Assembly (NCBI GenBank): GCA_965223865.1
Contig: OZ245020.1
Coordinates: 608,001 to 672,000 of the forward strand
From: Nitrosarchaeum sp.
GTDB taxonomy: Archaea > Thermoproteota > Nitrososphaeria > Nitrososphaerales > Nitrosopumilaceae
Length of the DNA: 64,000 nt
Direction: 5' to 3'
Each line of letters starts with the position of its first letter. The stretch's first letter is position 1. The notes beneath the pieces are model-generated. The model worked only from the letters and a program-made list of their open reading frames with translations, ran no database searches and had not been told where the DNA came from. A program made the position numbers and the translations under genes. This document shows positions 51,288 to 62,500 of the stretch, one piece after another.

Positions 51288-51318
51288 TTTACTTTACGCT
51301 AATTGGAGCTTTATTTAA

Positions 51319-51867
51319 TCAATAAGTAAAAAACTTTTTCAAATCATCCTTTTCTGTTATCATGTCTAACCAATCTACTTCTTCTGAAGAGTAATTGTTT
51401 TCAAGTATGTTCAATATTAAATCTAAAATTTCTTTAACACTTTTTTTTGTAGTATTTAATTGAAAAACTTTTTCTCCAAATCTTGAAATTGAATCATGTG
51501 CAATAATTCCTAAGACTTCACTTCCTGCATTTTCTTTAGATTTTTTTTTGGAATAACCTCTTTTCTCATAAATTTCAAACAGATCATAAGGATTTTTTCG
51601 CAAAACAATTACTTTATCAATTTTTTCTGGAGATACTACATATGGAGCAAGATGACCTACAACTAAACTAGAATCTGAAATTTTTTGATCAATTATCTTT
51701 TCTAATTCTTTAACATCAACATCATTAGAATTTTCATTAAATTCAAACAATTCAGAATTTTTAGCTATTTTGTTGATGTTTAAAAATGATAATTTCAAGT
51801 GATTAACAATTTCTTTGGCAATTGTATGTTTTCCTACTCCTGGACTTCCTGTAATTATTATTCTCAC
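51319..51867 (-). CDS. AK6/Fap7-family nucleotide kinase
   Basis: ITGSPGVGKHT P-loop, VVGH, RGY..KK..EN motifs. Confidence 0.85.
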   Translation of the reverse strand: MRIIITGSPGVGKHTIAKEIVNHLKLSFLNINKIAKNSELFEFNENSNDVDVKELEKIIDQKISDSSLVVGHLAPYVVSPEKIDKVIVLRKNPYDLFEIYEKRGYSKKKSKENAGSEVLGIIAHDSISRFGEKVFQLNTTKKSVKEILDLILNILENNYSSEEVDWLDMITEKDDLKKFFTY

Positions 51868-51931
51868 AGTATAAAATTAAAATTAACTGAATTAAACAAT
51901 TTCTGCAATACTAATAAGTGCAAAAGGATTC

Positions 51932-53128
51932 TTGTGTGTATTGCAAATAGGTTTACTTGGAAAGGCAAATGTGGGAAAATCAACTTTTTTCTCAGCTGCT
52001 ACGGAAACACCAGTTCCAACTGGAAATTTTCCTTTTACAACAATTGAGCCTAATGTAGGAGTCGCTTATGTCAAGTCCGAATGTGCATGCATACATTTCG
52101 GAATTGATCATAAAAATGATCTTTGTTCGAAGGGCACTCGATTCATACCTGTAAAGTTAATTGATGTTGCAGGTTTAGTCCCTGGAGCTCATGAAGGAAA
52201 AGGATTAGGAAATCAGTTTCTCGATGATGCAAGACAAGCTGAAGTTTTGATTCATGTAGTAGATATTGCAGGAACTACTGACATTCAAGGACAACCTGTT
52301 CCTATTGGCTCACATGATCCTCTTGAAGACATTGAATTTGTCCAAGAAGAATTTGTTCAATGGTTTGTTGACATTCTAAAAAGAGAGTGGGATAAACTAA
52401 CAAGAGAAATCGATCAAAAAAGAGCAAAGCTAACTGACGCAATAACAAAAAGATTTACTGGTTTAGGAATAAAAGACTATCAAGTTCAAGACGTTCTACA
52501 AAAATTGGGATTAATATCAAAAAATCCAAAAGAATGGGCTGATTCTGATCTTCTAACTTTTGTTAAGGAATTGAGGGCAACCACAAAACCGATTATTATT
52601 GCTGCAAACAAGGCTGATCTTTGTAAGGATTTAGATATTTTAAAAAAAATATCTGAACCTGTTATACCTTGCAGTGCTGAAACTGAATTATTACTACGAA
52701 AAGCATCAAAAGCTGGTATTGTTAACTATGAACCAGGTGATGATAATTTTTCTATTATTGAGAAAAAAAAAATTCTACCAACTCAACAAAAAGCATTAGA
52801 TGTTGTTAAAACAGTTTTCTCAAAAATTCACTCAACAGGTGTTCAAAAAATTTTGAATACTGCCGTCTTTGATTCGTTAAACTTTATTGTAGTTTATCCT
52901 GTTGAAGATGAATCTAAATTAACAAATAAAGATGGCGAAATTTTACCTGATGCCAAATTATTGCCAGAAGGATCAAATGCTAAAGATTTAGCAGGTTTGA
53001 TTCATGCAGATATTGCCAAGGGATTTTTACATGCAATAGATTGTAAAACAAAACAGAGAATTGGCGGTAACCATAATCTAAAAAATGGCGATGTGATCAA
53101 AATAGTTTCAACACTAAGCCGAGGATAA
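51932..53128 (+). CDS. ychF: Obg-family ATPase/GTPase YchF-like with TGS domain
   Basis: GKANVGKST, FPFTTIEPN, DVAGLVPGA and NKAD motifs. Confidence 0.88.
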   Translation: MCVLQIGLLGKANVGKSTFFSAATETPVPTGNFPFTTIEPNVGVAYVKSECACIHFGIDHKNDLCSKGTRFIPVKLIDVAGLVPGAHEGKGLGNQFLDDARQAEVLIHVVDIAGTTDIQGQPVPIGSHDPLEDIEFVQEEFVQWFVDILKREWDKLTREIDQKRAKLTDAITKRFTGLGIKDYQVQDVLQKLGLISKNPKEWADSDLLTFVKELRATTKPIIIAANKADLCKDLDILKKISEPVIPCSAETELLLRKASKAGIVNYEPGDDNFSIIEKKKILPTQQKALDVVKTVFSKIHSTGVQKILNTAVFDSLNFIVVYPVEDESKLTNKDGEILPDAKLLPEGSNAKDLAGLIHADIAKGFLHAIDCKTKQRIGGNHNLKNGDVIKIVSTLSRG

Positions 53129-53129
53129 A

Positions 53130-54113
53130 ATGTTAGGATTAGGAATTGAGAGCACTGCTCATACTTTTTCTTGTGCAATCTTGGAGAAAAAAGGTAAACA
53201 CGGAAAAATTTTATCTGATATAAGAAAAATTTACCGTCCTCCTGAAGGAGAAGGAATTCATCCTAGAGAAGCATCTCGTCATCATATTGAAAATAGTTCA
53301 ATAGTACTTTCTGAATGTCTTAGTGAAGCAGGCATTACAATAAAAGATCTTGATATTGTATCTTATGCAGCAGGACCTGGTTTAGGTCCGTGTCTAAGAG
53401 TTGGCGCAGTAGTTGCACGCTCTCTGGCCTCTTTTTACAAAATCCCAATTTATCCTGTTAATCATGCTATAGGACATATTGAATTAGGAAAGCTACTCAC
53501 TGGAGCTAAAAACCCCCTTGTCCTTTTAGTATCTGGTGGTCATACTATGCTTCTTGCATTTCTAAACAAACAATGGAGGGTATTTGGCGAAACTTTGGAT
53601 ATTACACTTGGACAGCTTTTAGACCAGTTTGGACGTTCAATAGGATTTGCATCGCCATGTGGAAAAAATATAGAAGAACTAGCAAACACTACCAAAAATT
53701 ATGTATCTCTACCTTATTCTGTGAAGGGAAATGACGTGTCTTTCTCTGGTTTATTATCAGCTACAAAATTAATTTCATCTAAAAGTAAATCTGATGTTTG
53801 TTTTTCACTACAAGAAACAGCTTTTGCAATGGTTGCTGAAACGGTAGAACGAGCTTTATCCTTTACAAGAAAAAAAGAATTAATGATCGTTGGGGGAGTT
53901 GCAGCAAACAAAAGATTATCTCAAATGTTACAAGAGGTGTGTAAAAGACATAACGCAAAATTTTTTGTTGTACCCTTAAGATATGCAGGAGATTGTGGAA
54001 GTCAAATTTGTTGGACTGGACTTTTAGAATCCCAGGTAAAAAAAGGTGCTTTGTTAGAAAATACTTTTGTTACACAATCATGGAGATTAGATTCCGTTAA
54101 AGTAGATTATTGA
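53130..54113 (+). CDS. kae1: KEOPS t6A synthase Kae1
   Basis: GIESTAH, HAIGH, VSGGHT, ETLD and GGVAAN motifs. Confidence 0.95.
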   Translation: MLGLGIESTAHTFSCAILEKKGKHGKILSDIRKIYRPPEGEGIHPREASRHHIENSSIVLSECLSEAGITIKDLDIVSYAAGPGLGPCLRVGAVVARSLASFYKIPIYPVNHAIGHIELGKLLTGAKNPLVLLVSGGHTMLLAFLNKQWRVFGETLDITLGQLLDQFGRSIGFASPCGKNIEELANTTKNYVSLPYSVKGNDVSFSGLLSATKLISSKSKSDVCFSLQETAFAMVAETVERALSFTRKKELMIVGGVAANKRLSQMLQEVCKRHNAKFFVVPLRYAGDCGSQICWTGLLESQVKKGALLENTFVTQSWRLDSVKVDY

Positions 54114-54433
54114 TTTTTGAAATCTTCTATTGCTGCTTCTATATTTTTAAGCCAATCTTTGGTATTAAAAACACCAAATTTGTAGGTTTTTTCTTCTTCT
54201 TTTATTTTTACAGTAAAACAAACTTTTTTCATCAATCTTCCTTCCTTCCATACCTCTGTTACTTCATCTAATGTTACATCAACAAGCGTATCTCCAAAAT
54301 GTTTTGAAAAATCCATCATTCTTGCTCTAGTTTTATCAAATGCTAGTCTCCTAGAAGTAAGAGTTAGAATACCTGAACCTAGGTTATCTTCATTGCAATC
54401 TTCTTGTTTTAGTCGTTTTTCTCCTTCTTCCAT
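54107..54433 (-). CDS. Small PH/GRAM-like domain protein
   Basis: G.LTLTSRRLAF ... DW...I pattern. Confidence 0.55.
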   Translation of the reverse strand: MEEGEKRLKQEDCNEDNLGSGILTLTSRRLAFDKTRARMMDFSKHFGDTLVDVTLDEVTEVWKEGRLMKKVCFTVKIKEEEKTYKFGVFNTKDWLKNIEAAIEDFKNQ

Positions 54434-54543
54434 AATCTAGTTCTTATCTGATTTATTAGGTTATAATTTTAATGAATTTTAAACATCACCTAATTTGATT
54501 TAATTAATAAACTTGAAAATAATAAAAAGAAAATGAGGCTTAA

Positions 54544-55164
54544 TTGAAATTATTAAAAAAAGGTGCAGAAGCTGATATCTACCTTACCAAATGGAATAAA
54601 TCAAATGCCATCCTTAAAATAAGAAAATCAAAGAATTATCGAAATCCGACACTCGACTCTAAAATTCGGAAACAACGAACAATAAAAGAATCTCAAATAA
54701 TTTCTGAAGTAAAATCATTTGGAATTCCTTCTCCTCTTATTTATTTTGTAAATCTATATAAATCAGAAATCATAATGCAAGAAATACCAGGTATTCCCAT
54801 TCATGATTTACCTGAATCTAAAATAGTTAATTTATCATCAGAGATTGGAAAACTAGTTGGAACCATGCATAAAAATGGCATAATGCATGGAGATCTTACG
54901 ACCTCAAATTTCATATTATTCAAAAATAAGGTTTATGTTATTGATTTTGGTTTATCACAAAAAACCGTCAAACCAGAAGATCATGCAGTAGATTTGAGGT
55001 TAATAAAGGAGATTCTAAATAGTGCTCATGCCAAAATCATGGAATCCTCTTGGAAGAATTTTCTATTGGGTTACAAATCAATAGTTGGTCCTTCGCAATT
55101 TACTAAAATTACAAATTTGGTATCAGTAATTGAAAGCCGTGGAAGATATGCAACAGTCGTTTAA
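54544..55164 (+). CDS. bud32: KEOPS kinase Bud32
   Basis: KGAEA, HGDLTTSN, IDFGLS, AVDL and RGRY motifs. Confidence 0.95.
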   Translation: MKLLKKGAEADIYLTKWNKSNAILKIRKSKNYRNPTLDSKIRKQRTIKESQIISEVKSFGIPSPLIYFVNLYKSEIIMQEIPGIPIHDLPESKIVNLSSEIGKLVGTMHKNGIMHGDLTTSNFILFKNKVYVIDFGLSQKTVKPEDHAVDLRLIKEILNSAHAKIMESSWKNFLLGYKSIVGPSQFTKITNLVSVIESRGRYATVV

Positions 55165-55702
55165 TCTTTATTTTGTTTCTTCAAATAAACACAAATACCA
55201 AGAAGCAAAAAAAATCTTGAAATCATATGGAATCAATCTTAGATTTTATAAATCTAAACTTGAAGAAATACAATCAGATTCTCTAAAAGAAATAGCATCA
55301 AAAAAAGCCATTCATGCCTTTGAGAAATTAACAAAACCTGTAATTGTAGAAGATGATGGACTCTATGTTGATGTACTTGATGGTTTTCCTGGTCCTTATT
55401 CGTCATATGTTTTTAAAACGATAGGTAACAAAGGAATCCTTAATCTTCTAGGAAAAAATAGAAATGCAAAATTTATTTCTATTATTTCATTTTTTGACAA
55501 AAATAATTCAAAATCTTTTCTGGGGGAAATTGATGGGACGATATCAAAAAAACAAAAAGGAATAGGATGGGGTTACGATCCTATATTTATTCCAAAAAAT
55601 TCAAAAAAAACATTTGCTGAATTAACTAACAAAAATGAATTATCTCATAGGTACCAAGCATTAAAAAAATTTGCTAATTGGTATCTATGTAAGCAGAAAT
55701 AA
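55148..55702 (+). CDS. rdgB: Ham1/RdgB non-canonical purine NTP pyrophosphatase
   Basis: SSNKHK, EDDGL..L.GFPGPYS, GYDPIF and SHR motifs. Confidence 0.92.
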   Translation: MQQSFNLYFVSSNKHKYQEAKKILKSYGINLRFYKSKLEEIQSDSLKEIASKKAIHAFEKLTKPVIVEDDGLYVDVLDGFPGPYSSYVFKTIGNKGILNLLGKNRNAKFISIISFFDKNNSKSFLGEIDGTISKKQKGIGWGYDPIFIPKNSKKTFAELTNKNELSHRYQALKKFANWYLCKQK

Positions 55703-56702
55703 AGCGATCAATGAATCTTTGTTTGTTTTGTAAAATTACAATTCTTGATACAAAACTTTCATCCATAACTGAAAATATTTTACTTCTTTCTACTATTTTC
55801 TGACCGAATTTCCTTACTTCATCCATCTCTAACATATTTGAATATTCTAATCTGTTAGTAGAACGTCCAATATGCATATATGATTTTATTTCTATAAAAT
55901 GAGGATTTGCTTTTTCAAACATTGATATAAAAGAAGGAATCATTTCTTTTTGATCATTATAATCTCTAATCAAGGTAATCCTAAGTACCGTTCTAGTATC
56001 CAAATCTTTTAGCATCTCAAGTGTTGTATTCCATCTTTCCCATGAATCATCATATTTTGGTTTGTTAATTCTCAAAAATGATTCATAATCTGCAGCATTT
56101 GTTGAAAGATAAAGTTGAGTTGGTAAGGCATCTTCATCTTGTAATTTCTGAATCATATCAGGTTCCTGTCCATTAGTGACAAGAAAAATTGATTTTGTTG
56201 CTTCAAGGGACTTTAGATATTTTATCAATTCAGGAAGTTTAGGGTACATTGTTGGTTCTCCTGAAAGTGAAATTGCATAATGACTTGGCAGTAATGATTC
56301 ATCTAGTCTTTGTTTGTCGTTTCTAGAATCTCCATAATATCCCATGATTAACTTTTTTCTCTCTTCCATCAGTTTTCTCAAAATTTCTTCTGGTTCTGAA
56401 ACATATTTGGGTTCCATTTTTAATGAATCATAAAATTCCATTGGTCTCCAACAGTATACACAACGATTCTCACAATGCATTCCTGCAGGAGAAAACTCCA
56501 TACATCTATGAGTAGAAATCCCATAAAACTTGTGTTTATAGCAACTACCTTCATGTTTGAATGATTTTTTTGTCCAATGGCAGAGTTCAACAGTAGAGTG
56601 ATCTGCTATACCATACTTTGCTTTTTTTAATTGATCCGAAATTGCGGGTTTGATCTGGATCAACTTATCATCACTTTCAATTATTTCTCCAGAACAGCTC
56701 AT
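55674..56702 (-). CDS. taw1: 4-demethylwyosine synthase Taw1/TYW1 (radical SAM)
   Basis: CHWTK, CYK..FYGI..HRC, CENRCVYCWR and ISLSGEPT motifs. Confidence 0.93.
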   Translation of the reverse strand: MSCSGEIIESDDKLIQIKPAISDQLKKAKYGIADHSTVELCHWTKKSFKHEGSCYKHKFYGISTHRCMEFSPAGMHCENRCVYCWRPMEFYDSLKMEPKYVSEPEEILRKLMEERKKLIMGYYGDSRNDKQRLDESLLPSHYAISLSGEPTMYPKLPELIKYLKSLEATKSIFLVTNGQEPDMIQKLQDEDALPTQLYLSTNAADYESFLRINKPKYDDSWERWNTTLEMLKDLDTRTVLRITLIRDYNDQKEMIPSFISMFEKANPHFIEIKSYMHIGRSTNRLEYSNMLEMDEVRKFGQKIVERSKIFSVMDESFVSRIVILQNKQRFIDRFISAYIDTN

Positions 56703-56839
56703 ATGATAAAATCATGTTCTGGTTTACTTAAATTGATCGAGATTTTTGTCTGACATAGAACTTTTTCTCAAATCTTTTGCCAACTTTACATGATTTTAGA
56801 GTGAGGTTTAATTACTGGATCCTCAAGGAAAAATTAGTA

Positions 56840-59275
56840 TTGAACCCAAAATACCTTGTCGGCTTTCTATTTCTACTTGTATCTGTATTAACTAGTATTC
56901 CTCTTAATCCTGCATTTGCAGAGCAGGACTTAGACAAAGATGGAATTACAGATACAATTGATCGTTGTCCAAATCTTCAAGAAGACTATGAGAGCACATT
57001 AGATGGCTGTCCCTCCAACTTTGTTCCATGGTATGATGAGGATTATGATGGAGTCGAGGATCATATTGATTTATGCCCAGATTTGAGAGAAAAATATAAC
57101 AGATATCAAGACTTGGATGGTTGTCCTGATATATCTCCTGGAACAGGTTCGACTGGATTACCCGACTCTGATGGAGATGGTTTTGCTGACTTGTTAGATT
57201 TATGCCCTAATCAAGCTGAGACTTTTAATGGTATTCAAGATACTGATGGTTGTCCTGACACTCTTGGTTCTGCAGATAGAGACAGAGATGGAATTCCAGA
57301 TGCAATTGATGCATGTCCATTAAGTGCTGAGACTTACAACAGACACCAAGATGATGACGGCTGTCCCGATTCTGTAACTGATTCTGATTTTATGGATACC
57401 GATAATGATGGTATCCCTGATAAAATTGATATTTGTCCTGAAGAACCTGAAGTTTACAACGAATATTTAGATACTGACGGCTGCCCTGATGCTGCTTTAG
57501 ATTCGACATTTAGTGATAAAGATGGTGATGGAATTGCAGATAGATTTGATATTTGTCCAAACGAACCAGAGACCTTCAACCGATTTGCTGATTATGACGG
57601 CTGCCCTGATGCTGCACCTTCTTTTTCTGGAGTATTAAATGATGCAGACCAAGATAGAATAATGGATACAAATGATGCATGTCCATTAGAACCAGAACGA
57701 TACAATCAATTCCAAGATGATGACGGCTGCCCTGATATTCCTCCATATTCAAGTGATAAAGATTCTGATAGAGATGGAATTCCTGATTCTATTGATCAAT
57801 GTCCTGTTGTAAAAGAAACTTACAATCAGTTTAAAGATGATGACGGCTGCCCAGACTTTGTTAATGGTTATAATGAAATTCCAGATACTGATTCAGATGG
57901 AATAAGTGACTATTCAGACTTGTGTCCAAATCAACCTGAAACATTTAACGGATTATTTGACAGAGACGGCTGCCCTGATAGTGACACTACAACAGATAGA
58001 GACAGAGACGGTATTCCAGATATGAATGATGCATGTCCTCTAGTTAAAGAAACTTACAATCAATACCAAGACTTGGATGGTTGTCCTGATAATGTTTCAG
58101 GCTTGAATGTTTTAGATTATGATGGTGACGGAATTTTTGATTTACAAGATAAATGTCCATTACAACCAGAAGTTATCAACGGATACCTGGATGATGACGG
58201 TTGTCCTGATGTTGCTGTAATGGATTCAGATGGTGATGGAATTAGAGATTCATTAGACCAATGTCCAACAACTGCAGAAACTTGGAATAGATATCTAGAC
58301 CAAGACGGCTGCCCAGATACTTCTACAGAATCAGATACTGACATGGATGGAATTCCTGATTCTATTGATCAGTGTCCAATTGACAGAGAAAGATACAATG
58401 GATTTGAAGACCAAGACGGCTGCCCAGACTTTCCACCTTACTTGACTGACATTGATTCAGACTTTGATGGAATTGTAAATAGCCTAGATTCATGTCCGCA
58501 AGTTCCTGAAACTTATAATATGTTTGAAGACCAAGACGGCTGCCCAGACTTTGTATCTGATGACAAAGGAGCACCAGATTCTGATAATGATGGAATTAAT
58601 GACTTCGTTGATCATTGCCCAACAAGAGCAGAGACCTATAACGGTATTTTAGATTATGACGGCTGCCCTGACGATTACATTCCAAGAGCAGATAGAGACA
58701 GAGATGGTATTCCTGATTTAATTGATGCATGTCCAACGTCTCCTGAGACTTACAATAAATTTCAGGATGATGACGGCTGCCCAGATTCTATTACAGAATC
58801 TTTTATTGTAGATTCTGATAATGACGGAATTGAAGATATGACTGATAACTGTCCATTAGTTGCTGAAACGTATAATGGATTTGAAGACCAAGACGGCTGC
58901 CCTGATAGTGACATAACCCAGCCAGACTCTGACGGTGACGGCGTTCCTGATGCAATGGATATATGTCCTGATCAAATGGAAGTTTGGAATAGATATGTTG
59001 ATCATGACGGCTGCCCTGACACTGTTCCAACTGGTAAAATGATAGTTGATACTGATGGTGATAACATTACTGATGACATTGATTCATGTCCAAATGAAAA
59101 AGAATCTTGGAATAAATATCAAGACCATGACGGCTGCCCTGACATTGTTCCAGAACAATCAAGATACAAGCATGATGCAGACCTCGATGACATCATCAAT
59201 GATGAAGACATGTGTCCGCTAGATCCTGAAGATTACGACGGAGACAGAGATACTGATGGTTGTCCTGATCAATAG
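56840..59275 (+). CDS. Secreted thrombospondin type-3-like repeat protein A
   Basis: Signal peptide; about 20 repeats of DxDxDGIxDxxDxCPxxxExxNxxxDxDGCPD. Confidence 0.88.
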   Translation: MNPKYLVGFLFLLVSVLTSIPLNPAFAEQDLDKDGITDTIDRCPNLQEDYESTLDGCPSNFVPWYDEDYDGVEDHIDLCPDLREKYNRYQDLDGCPDISPGTGSTGLPDSDGDGFADLLDLCPNQAETFNGIQDTDGCPDTLGSADRDRDGIPDAIDACPLSAETYNRHQDDDGCPDSVTDSDFMDTDNDGIPDKIDICPEEPEVYNEYLDTDGCPDAALDSTFSDKDGDGIADRFDICPNEPETFNRFADYDGCPDAAPSFSGVLNDADQDRIMDTNDACPLEPERYNQFQDDDGCPDIPPYSSDKDSDRDGIPDSIDQCPVVKETYNQFKDDDGCPDFVNGYNEIPDTDSDGISDYSDLCPNQPETFNGLFDRDGCPDSDTTTDRDRDGIPDMNDACPLVKETYNQYQDLDGCPDNVSGLNVLDYDGDGIFDLQDKCPLQPEVINGYLDDDGCPDVAVMDSDGDGIRDSLDQCPTTAETWNRYLDQDGCPDTSTESDTDMDGIPDSIDQCPIDRERYNGFEDQDGCPDFPPYLTDIDSDFDGIVNSLDSCPQVPETYNMFEDQDGCPDFVSDDKGAPDSDNDGINDFVDHCPTRAETYNGILDYDGCPDDYIPRADRDRDGIPDLIDACPTSPETYNKFQDDDGCPDSITESFIVDSDNDGIEDMTDNCPLVAETYNGFEDQDGCPDSDITQPDSDGDGVPDAMDICPDQMEVWNRYVDHDGCPDTVPTGKMIVDTDGDNITDDIDSCPNEKESWNKYQDHDGCPDIVPEQSRYKHDADLDDIINDEDMCPLDPEDYDGDRDTDGCPDQ

Positions 59276-59287
59276 GAGTAAAGTAAA

Positions 59288-61456
59288 ATGAAAAAATACT
59301 ATATTCTGGGATTTTTACTATTACTTACATCAACTATTGGAATGTTCCCAAGTGGTGTTTATGCACAGACCAATGATAATGATAATGATGGTGTTCCAAA
59401 CGATATTGACCAATGTCCTCATCTAAAAGAAGACTATGACCCACAGTATGGAAATAACATAGACGGTTGTCCGGCAGACTTTGTTCCGTGGTATGATGCA
59501 GACTATGATGGAATTGAAGACCATATTGATGATTGTCCAACTGTAAAAGAAAGATACAATCAATTCCAAGATGAAGACGGCTGCCCTGATATAGCTCCTG
59601 GTGCAGGTGCTGGATTGCCAGACTCTGACGGAGATAGTTTTGTCGATAACCTTGACTTATGTCCAAATCAACCAGAAACATTCAATGGTATAGACGATAA
59701 GGATGGCTGCCCTGATGATGTTTATTCTTTAAAAGATATTGACAGAGATGGTATTTCTGATAACTTAGACTCTTGTCCTGGAATACCTGAAACCTACAAC
59801 AGATTCCTAGATAGTGACGGCTGCCCAGACTCTGTAACTGATGATGCAGCTGGATTCCAATTCCCCGATACTGACGGTGATGGAATCGAAGACAGACGAG
59901 ATTCTTGTATTTCAGAACCTGAAAACTATAACCGATACTTGGATTGGGACGGCTGCCCTGACGTTCCAGGTGCACTTTCTCTTGAAATAAGTGATTCTGA
60001 TTATGATGGTATTTTAGATAATGAAGATCAATGCCCTAAAGAACGTGAAAATTATAACAAATTCCAAGATGAAGATGGCTGCCCTGATGTAATTGATCTT
60101 AAAATAACTGGTGACATTGACGGTGATGGAATTGGTGATGAAGATGATTCATGTCCATATAATCCTGAAACCTACAACAAATTCCAAGATGAAGACGGTT
60201 GCCCAGATTATGTGGCAGATGACAAGTTTGCAGCTGACTCTGACAGAGATGGAATTCTTGATAACCTTGACTTATGTCCAAATCAACCAGAAACATTCAA
60301 TGATTTCCAAGACACTGACGGCTGCCCTGATGATGTTTCCTCTACTCGTGATTCTGATTTTGATGGTATTCCAGATAATTTTGATACATGCCCACTAGAT
60401 CCTGAGATCCACAATAACTTTGAAGACACTGACGGCTGCCCAGACTCTGTAACTGATGATGCAGCTGGATTCCAATTCCCCGATACTGACGGTGATGGAA
60501 TCGAAGACAGATGGGATGCATGTATTTCAGAACCTGAAAACTATAACCGATACTTGGATTGGGACGGCTGCCCTGACGTTCCAGGTGCACTTTCTCTTGA
60601 AATAAGTGATTCTGATTTTGATGGTATCACTGATCATTTAGATGATTGTCCAACAGTAGCTGAAAGATATAATAAATTTCAAGACACTGACGGCTGCCCT
60701 GATTCTGTAACTGTTGATTTTGTTGGTGATTCTGATAATGATGGTATTTTAGATGATGTTGATCAATGTCCTCTCCTTAAAGAAACTTACAATAGATACT
60801 TAGACACTGACGGCTGCCCAGATTATGTGGCAGATGACAAGTTTGCAGCTGACTCTGACAGAGATGGAATTCTTGATAACCTTGACTTATGTCCAAATCA
60901 ACCAGAAACATTCAATGATTTCCAAGACACTGACGGCTGCCCTGATGATGTTTCCTCTACTCGTGATTCTGATTTTGATGGTATTCCAGATAATTTTGAT
61001 ACATGCCCACTAGATCCTGAGATCCACAATAACTTTGAAGACACTGACGGCTGCCCAGACTCTGTAACTGATGATGCAGCTGGATTCCAATTCCCCGATA
61101 CTGACGGTGATGGAATCGAAGACAGATGGGATGCATGTATTTCAGAACCTGAAAACTATAACCGATACTTGGATTGGGACGGCTGCCCAGAAATAAAGGG
61201 AGCAGAATCGTCAACTCCAATGATTTCCGATACTGACGGTGATGGATATCCTGATGCAATAGATACATGTCCAACACATGCTGAAACTTGGAATAAATAT
61301 TTTGATGAAGACGGCTGCCCTGATACTGTTCCAGAACAACAACGATTTGTTCATGATGATGATCTCGATGACATCATCAATGATGAAGACATGTGTCCGC
61401 TAGATCCTGAAGATTACGACGGAGACAGAGATACTGATGGTTGTCCTGATCAATAG
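59288..61456 (+). CDS. Secreted thrombospondin type-3-like repeat protein B
   Basis: Same repeat; internal 373-bp exact duplication. Confidence 0.88.
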   Translation: MKKYYILGFLLLLTSTIGMFPSGVYAQTNDNDNDGVPNDIDQCPHLKEDYDPQYGNNIDGCPADFVPWYDADYDGIEDHIDDCPTVKERYNQFQDEDGCPDIAPGAGAGLPDSDGDSFVDNLDLCPNQPETFNGIDDKDGCPDDVYSLKDIDRDGISDNLDSCPGIPETYNRFLDSDGCPDSVTDDAAGFQFPDTDGDGIEDRRDSCISEPENYNRYLDWDGCPDVPGALSLEISDSDYDGILDNEDQCPKERENYNKFQDEDGCPDVIDLKITGDIDGDGIGDEDDSCPYNPETYNKFQDEDGCPDYVADDKFAADSDRDGILDNLDLCPNQPETFNDFQDTDGCPDDVSSTRDSDFDGIPDNFDTCPLDPEIHNNFEDTDGCPDSVTDDAAGFQFPDTDGDGIEDRWDACISEPENYNRYLDWDGCPDVPGALSLEISDSDFDGITDHLDDCPTVAERYNKFQDTDGCPDSVTVDFVGDSDNDGILDDVDQCPLLKETYNRYLDTDGCPDYVADDKFAADSDRDGILDNLDLCPNQPETFNDFQDTDGCPDDVSSTRDSDFDGIPDNFDTCPLDPEIHNNFEDTDGCPDSVTDDAAGFQFPDTDGDGIEDRWDACISEPENYNRYLDWDGCPEIKGAESSTPMISDTDGDGYPDAIDTCPTHAETWNKYFDEDGCPDTVPEQQRFVHDDDLDDIINDEDMCPLDPEDYDGDRDTDGCPDQ

Positions 61457-61468
61457 GAGTAAAGTAGA

Positions 61469-62488
61469 ATGAAAAAATACTATATTCTGGGATTTTTACT
61501 ATTACTTACATCAACTATTGGAATGTTCCCAAGTGGTGTTTATGCACAGACCAATGATAATGATAATGATGGTGTTCCAAACGATGTTGACCAATGTCTA
61601 TATCTTCAAGAAGACTATGAAGGTGCATTAGACGGTTGTCCCTCAAATTTTGTTCCATGGTATGATGAGGATTATGATGGAATTGAAGATCATAATGACT
61701 TATGTCCTAATTTGAAAGAAACTTACAATAGATACCACGACTTGGATGGTTGCCCTGACATAATTCCTGGCGGCAGCACTGGTGAACTACCTGACTCTGA
61801 CAGAGATGGGATAAACGACTTTGTTGACTCTTGCCCAAATCAACCAGAAACATTTAATGATTTTTTTGATCATGACGGCTGCCCTGACGATTACATTCCA
61901 AGAGCAGATAGAGACAGAGACAGCATTCCTGATTTAATTGATGCATGTCCAACGTCTCCTGAGACTTACAATAAATTTCAAGACACTGACGGCTGCCCTG
62001 ATATTGTAAAAAAACTATCTATAGATTCTGATAATGACGGAATTGAAGATATGACTGATAACTGTCCATTAGTTGCTGAAACGTATAATGGATTTGAAGA
62101 CCAAGACGGCTGCCCTGATAGTGACATAACCCAGCCAGACTCTGACGGTGACGGCGTTCCTGATGCAATGGATATATGTCCTGATCAAATGGAAGTTTGG
62201 AATAGATATGTTGATCATGACGGCTGCCCTGACACTGTTCCAACTGGTAAAATGATAGTTGATACTGATGGTGATAACATTACTGATGACATTGATTCAT
62301 GTCCAAATGAAAAAGAATCTTGGAATAAATATCAAGACCATGACGGCTGCCCTGACATTGTTCCAGAACAATCAAGATACAAGCATGATGCAGACCTCGA
62401 TGACATCATCAATGATGAAGACATGTGTCCGCTAGATCCTGAAGATTACGACGGAGACAGAGATACTGATGGTTGTCCTGATCAATAG
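61469..62488 (+). CDS. Secreted thrombospondin type-3-like repeat protein C
   Basis: N-terminus of B combined with the C-terminus of A. Confidence 0.85.
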   Translation: MKKYYILGFLLLLTSTIGMFPSGVYAQTNDNDNDGVPNDVDQCLYLQEDYEGALDGCPSNFVPWYDEDYDGIEDHNDLCPNLKETYNRYHDLDGCPDIIPGGSTGELPDSDRDGINDFVDSCPNQPETFNDFFDHDGCPDDYIPRADRDRDSIPDLIDACPTSPETYNKFQDTDGCPDIVKKLSIDSDNDGIEDMTDNCPLVAETYNGFEDQDGCPDSDITQPDSDGDGVPDAMDICPDQMEVWNRYVDHDGCPDTVPTGKMIVDTDGDNITDDIDSCPNEKESWNKYQDHDGCPDIVPEQSRYKHDADLDDIINDEDMCPLDPEDYDGDRDTDGCPDQ

Positions 62489-62500
62489 GAGTAAAGTAAA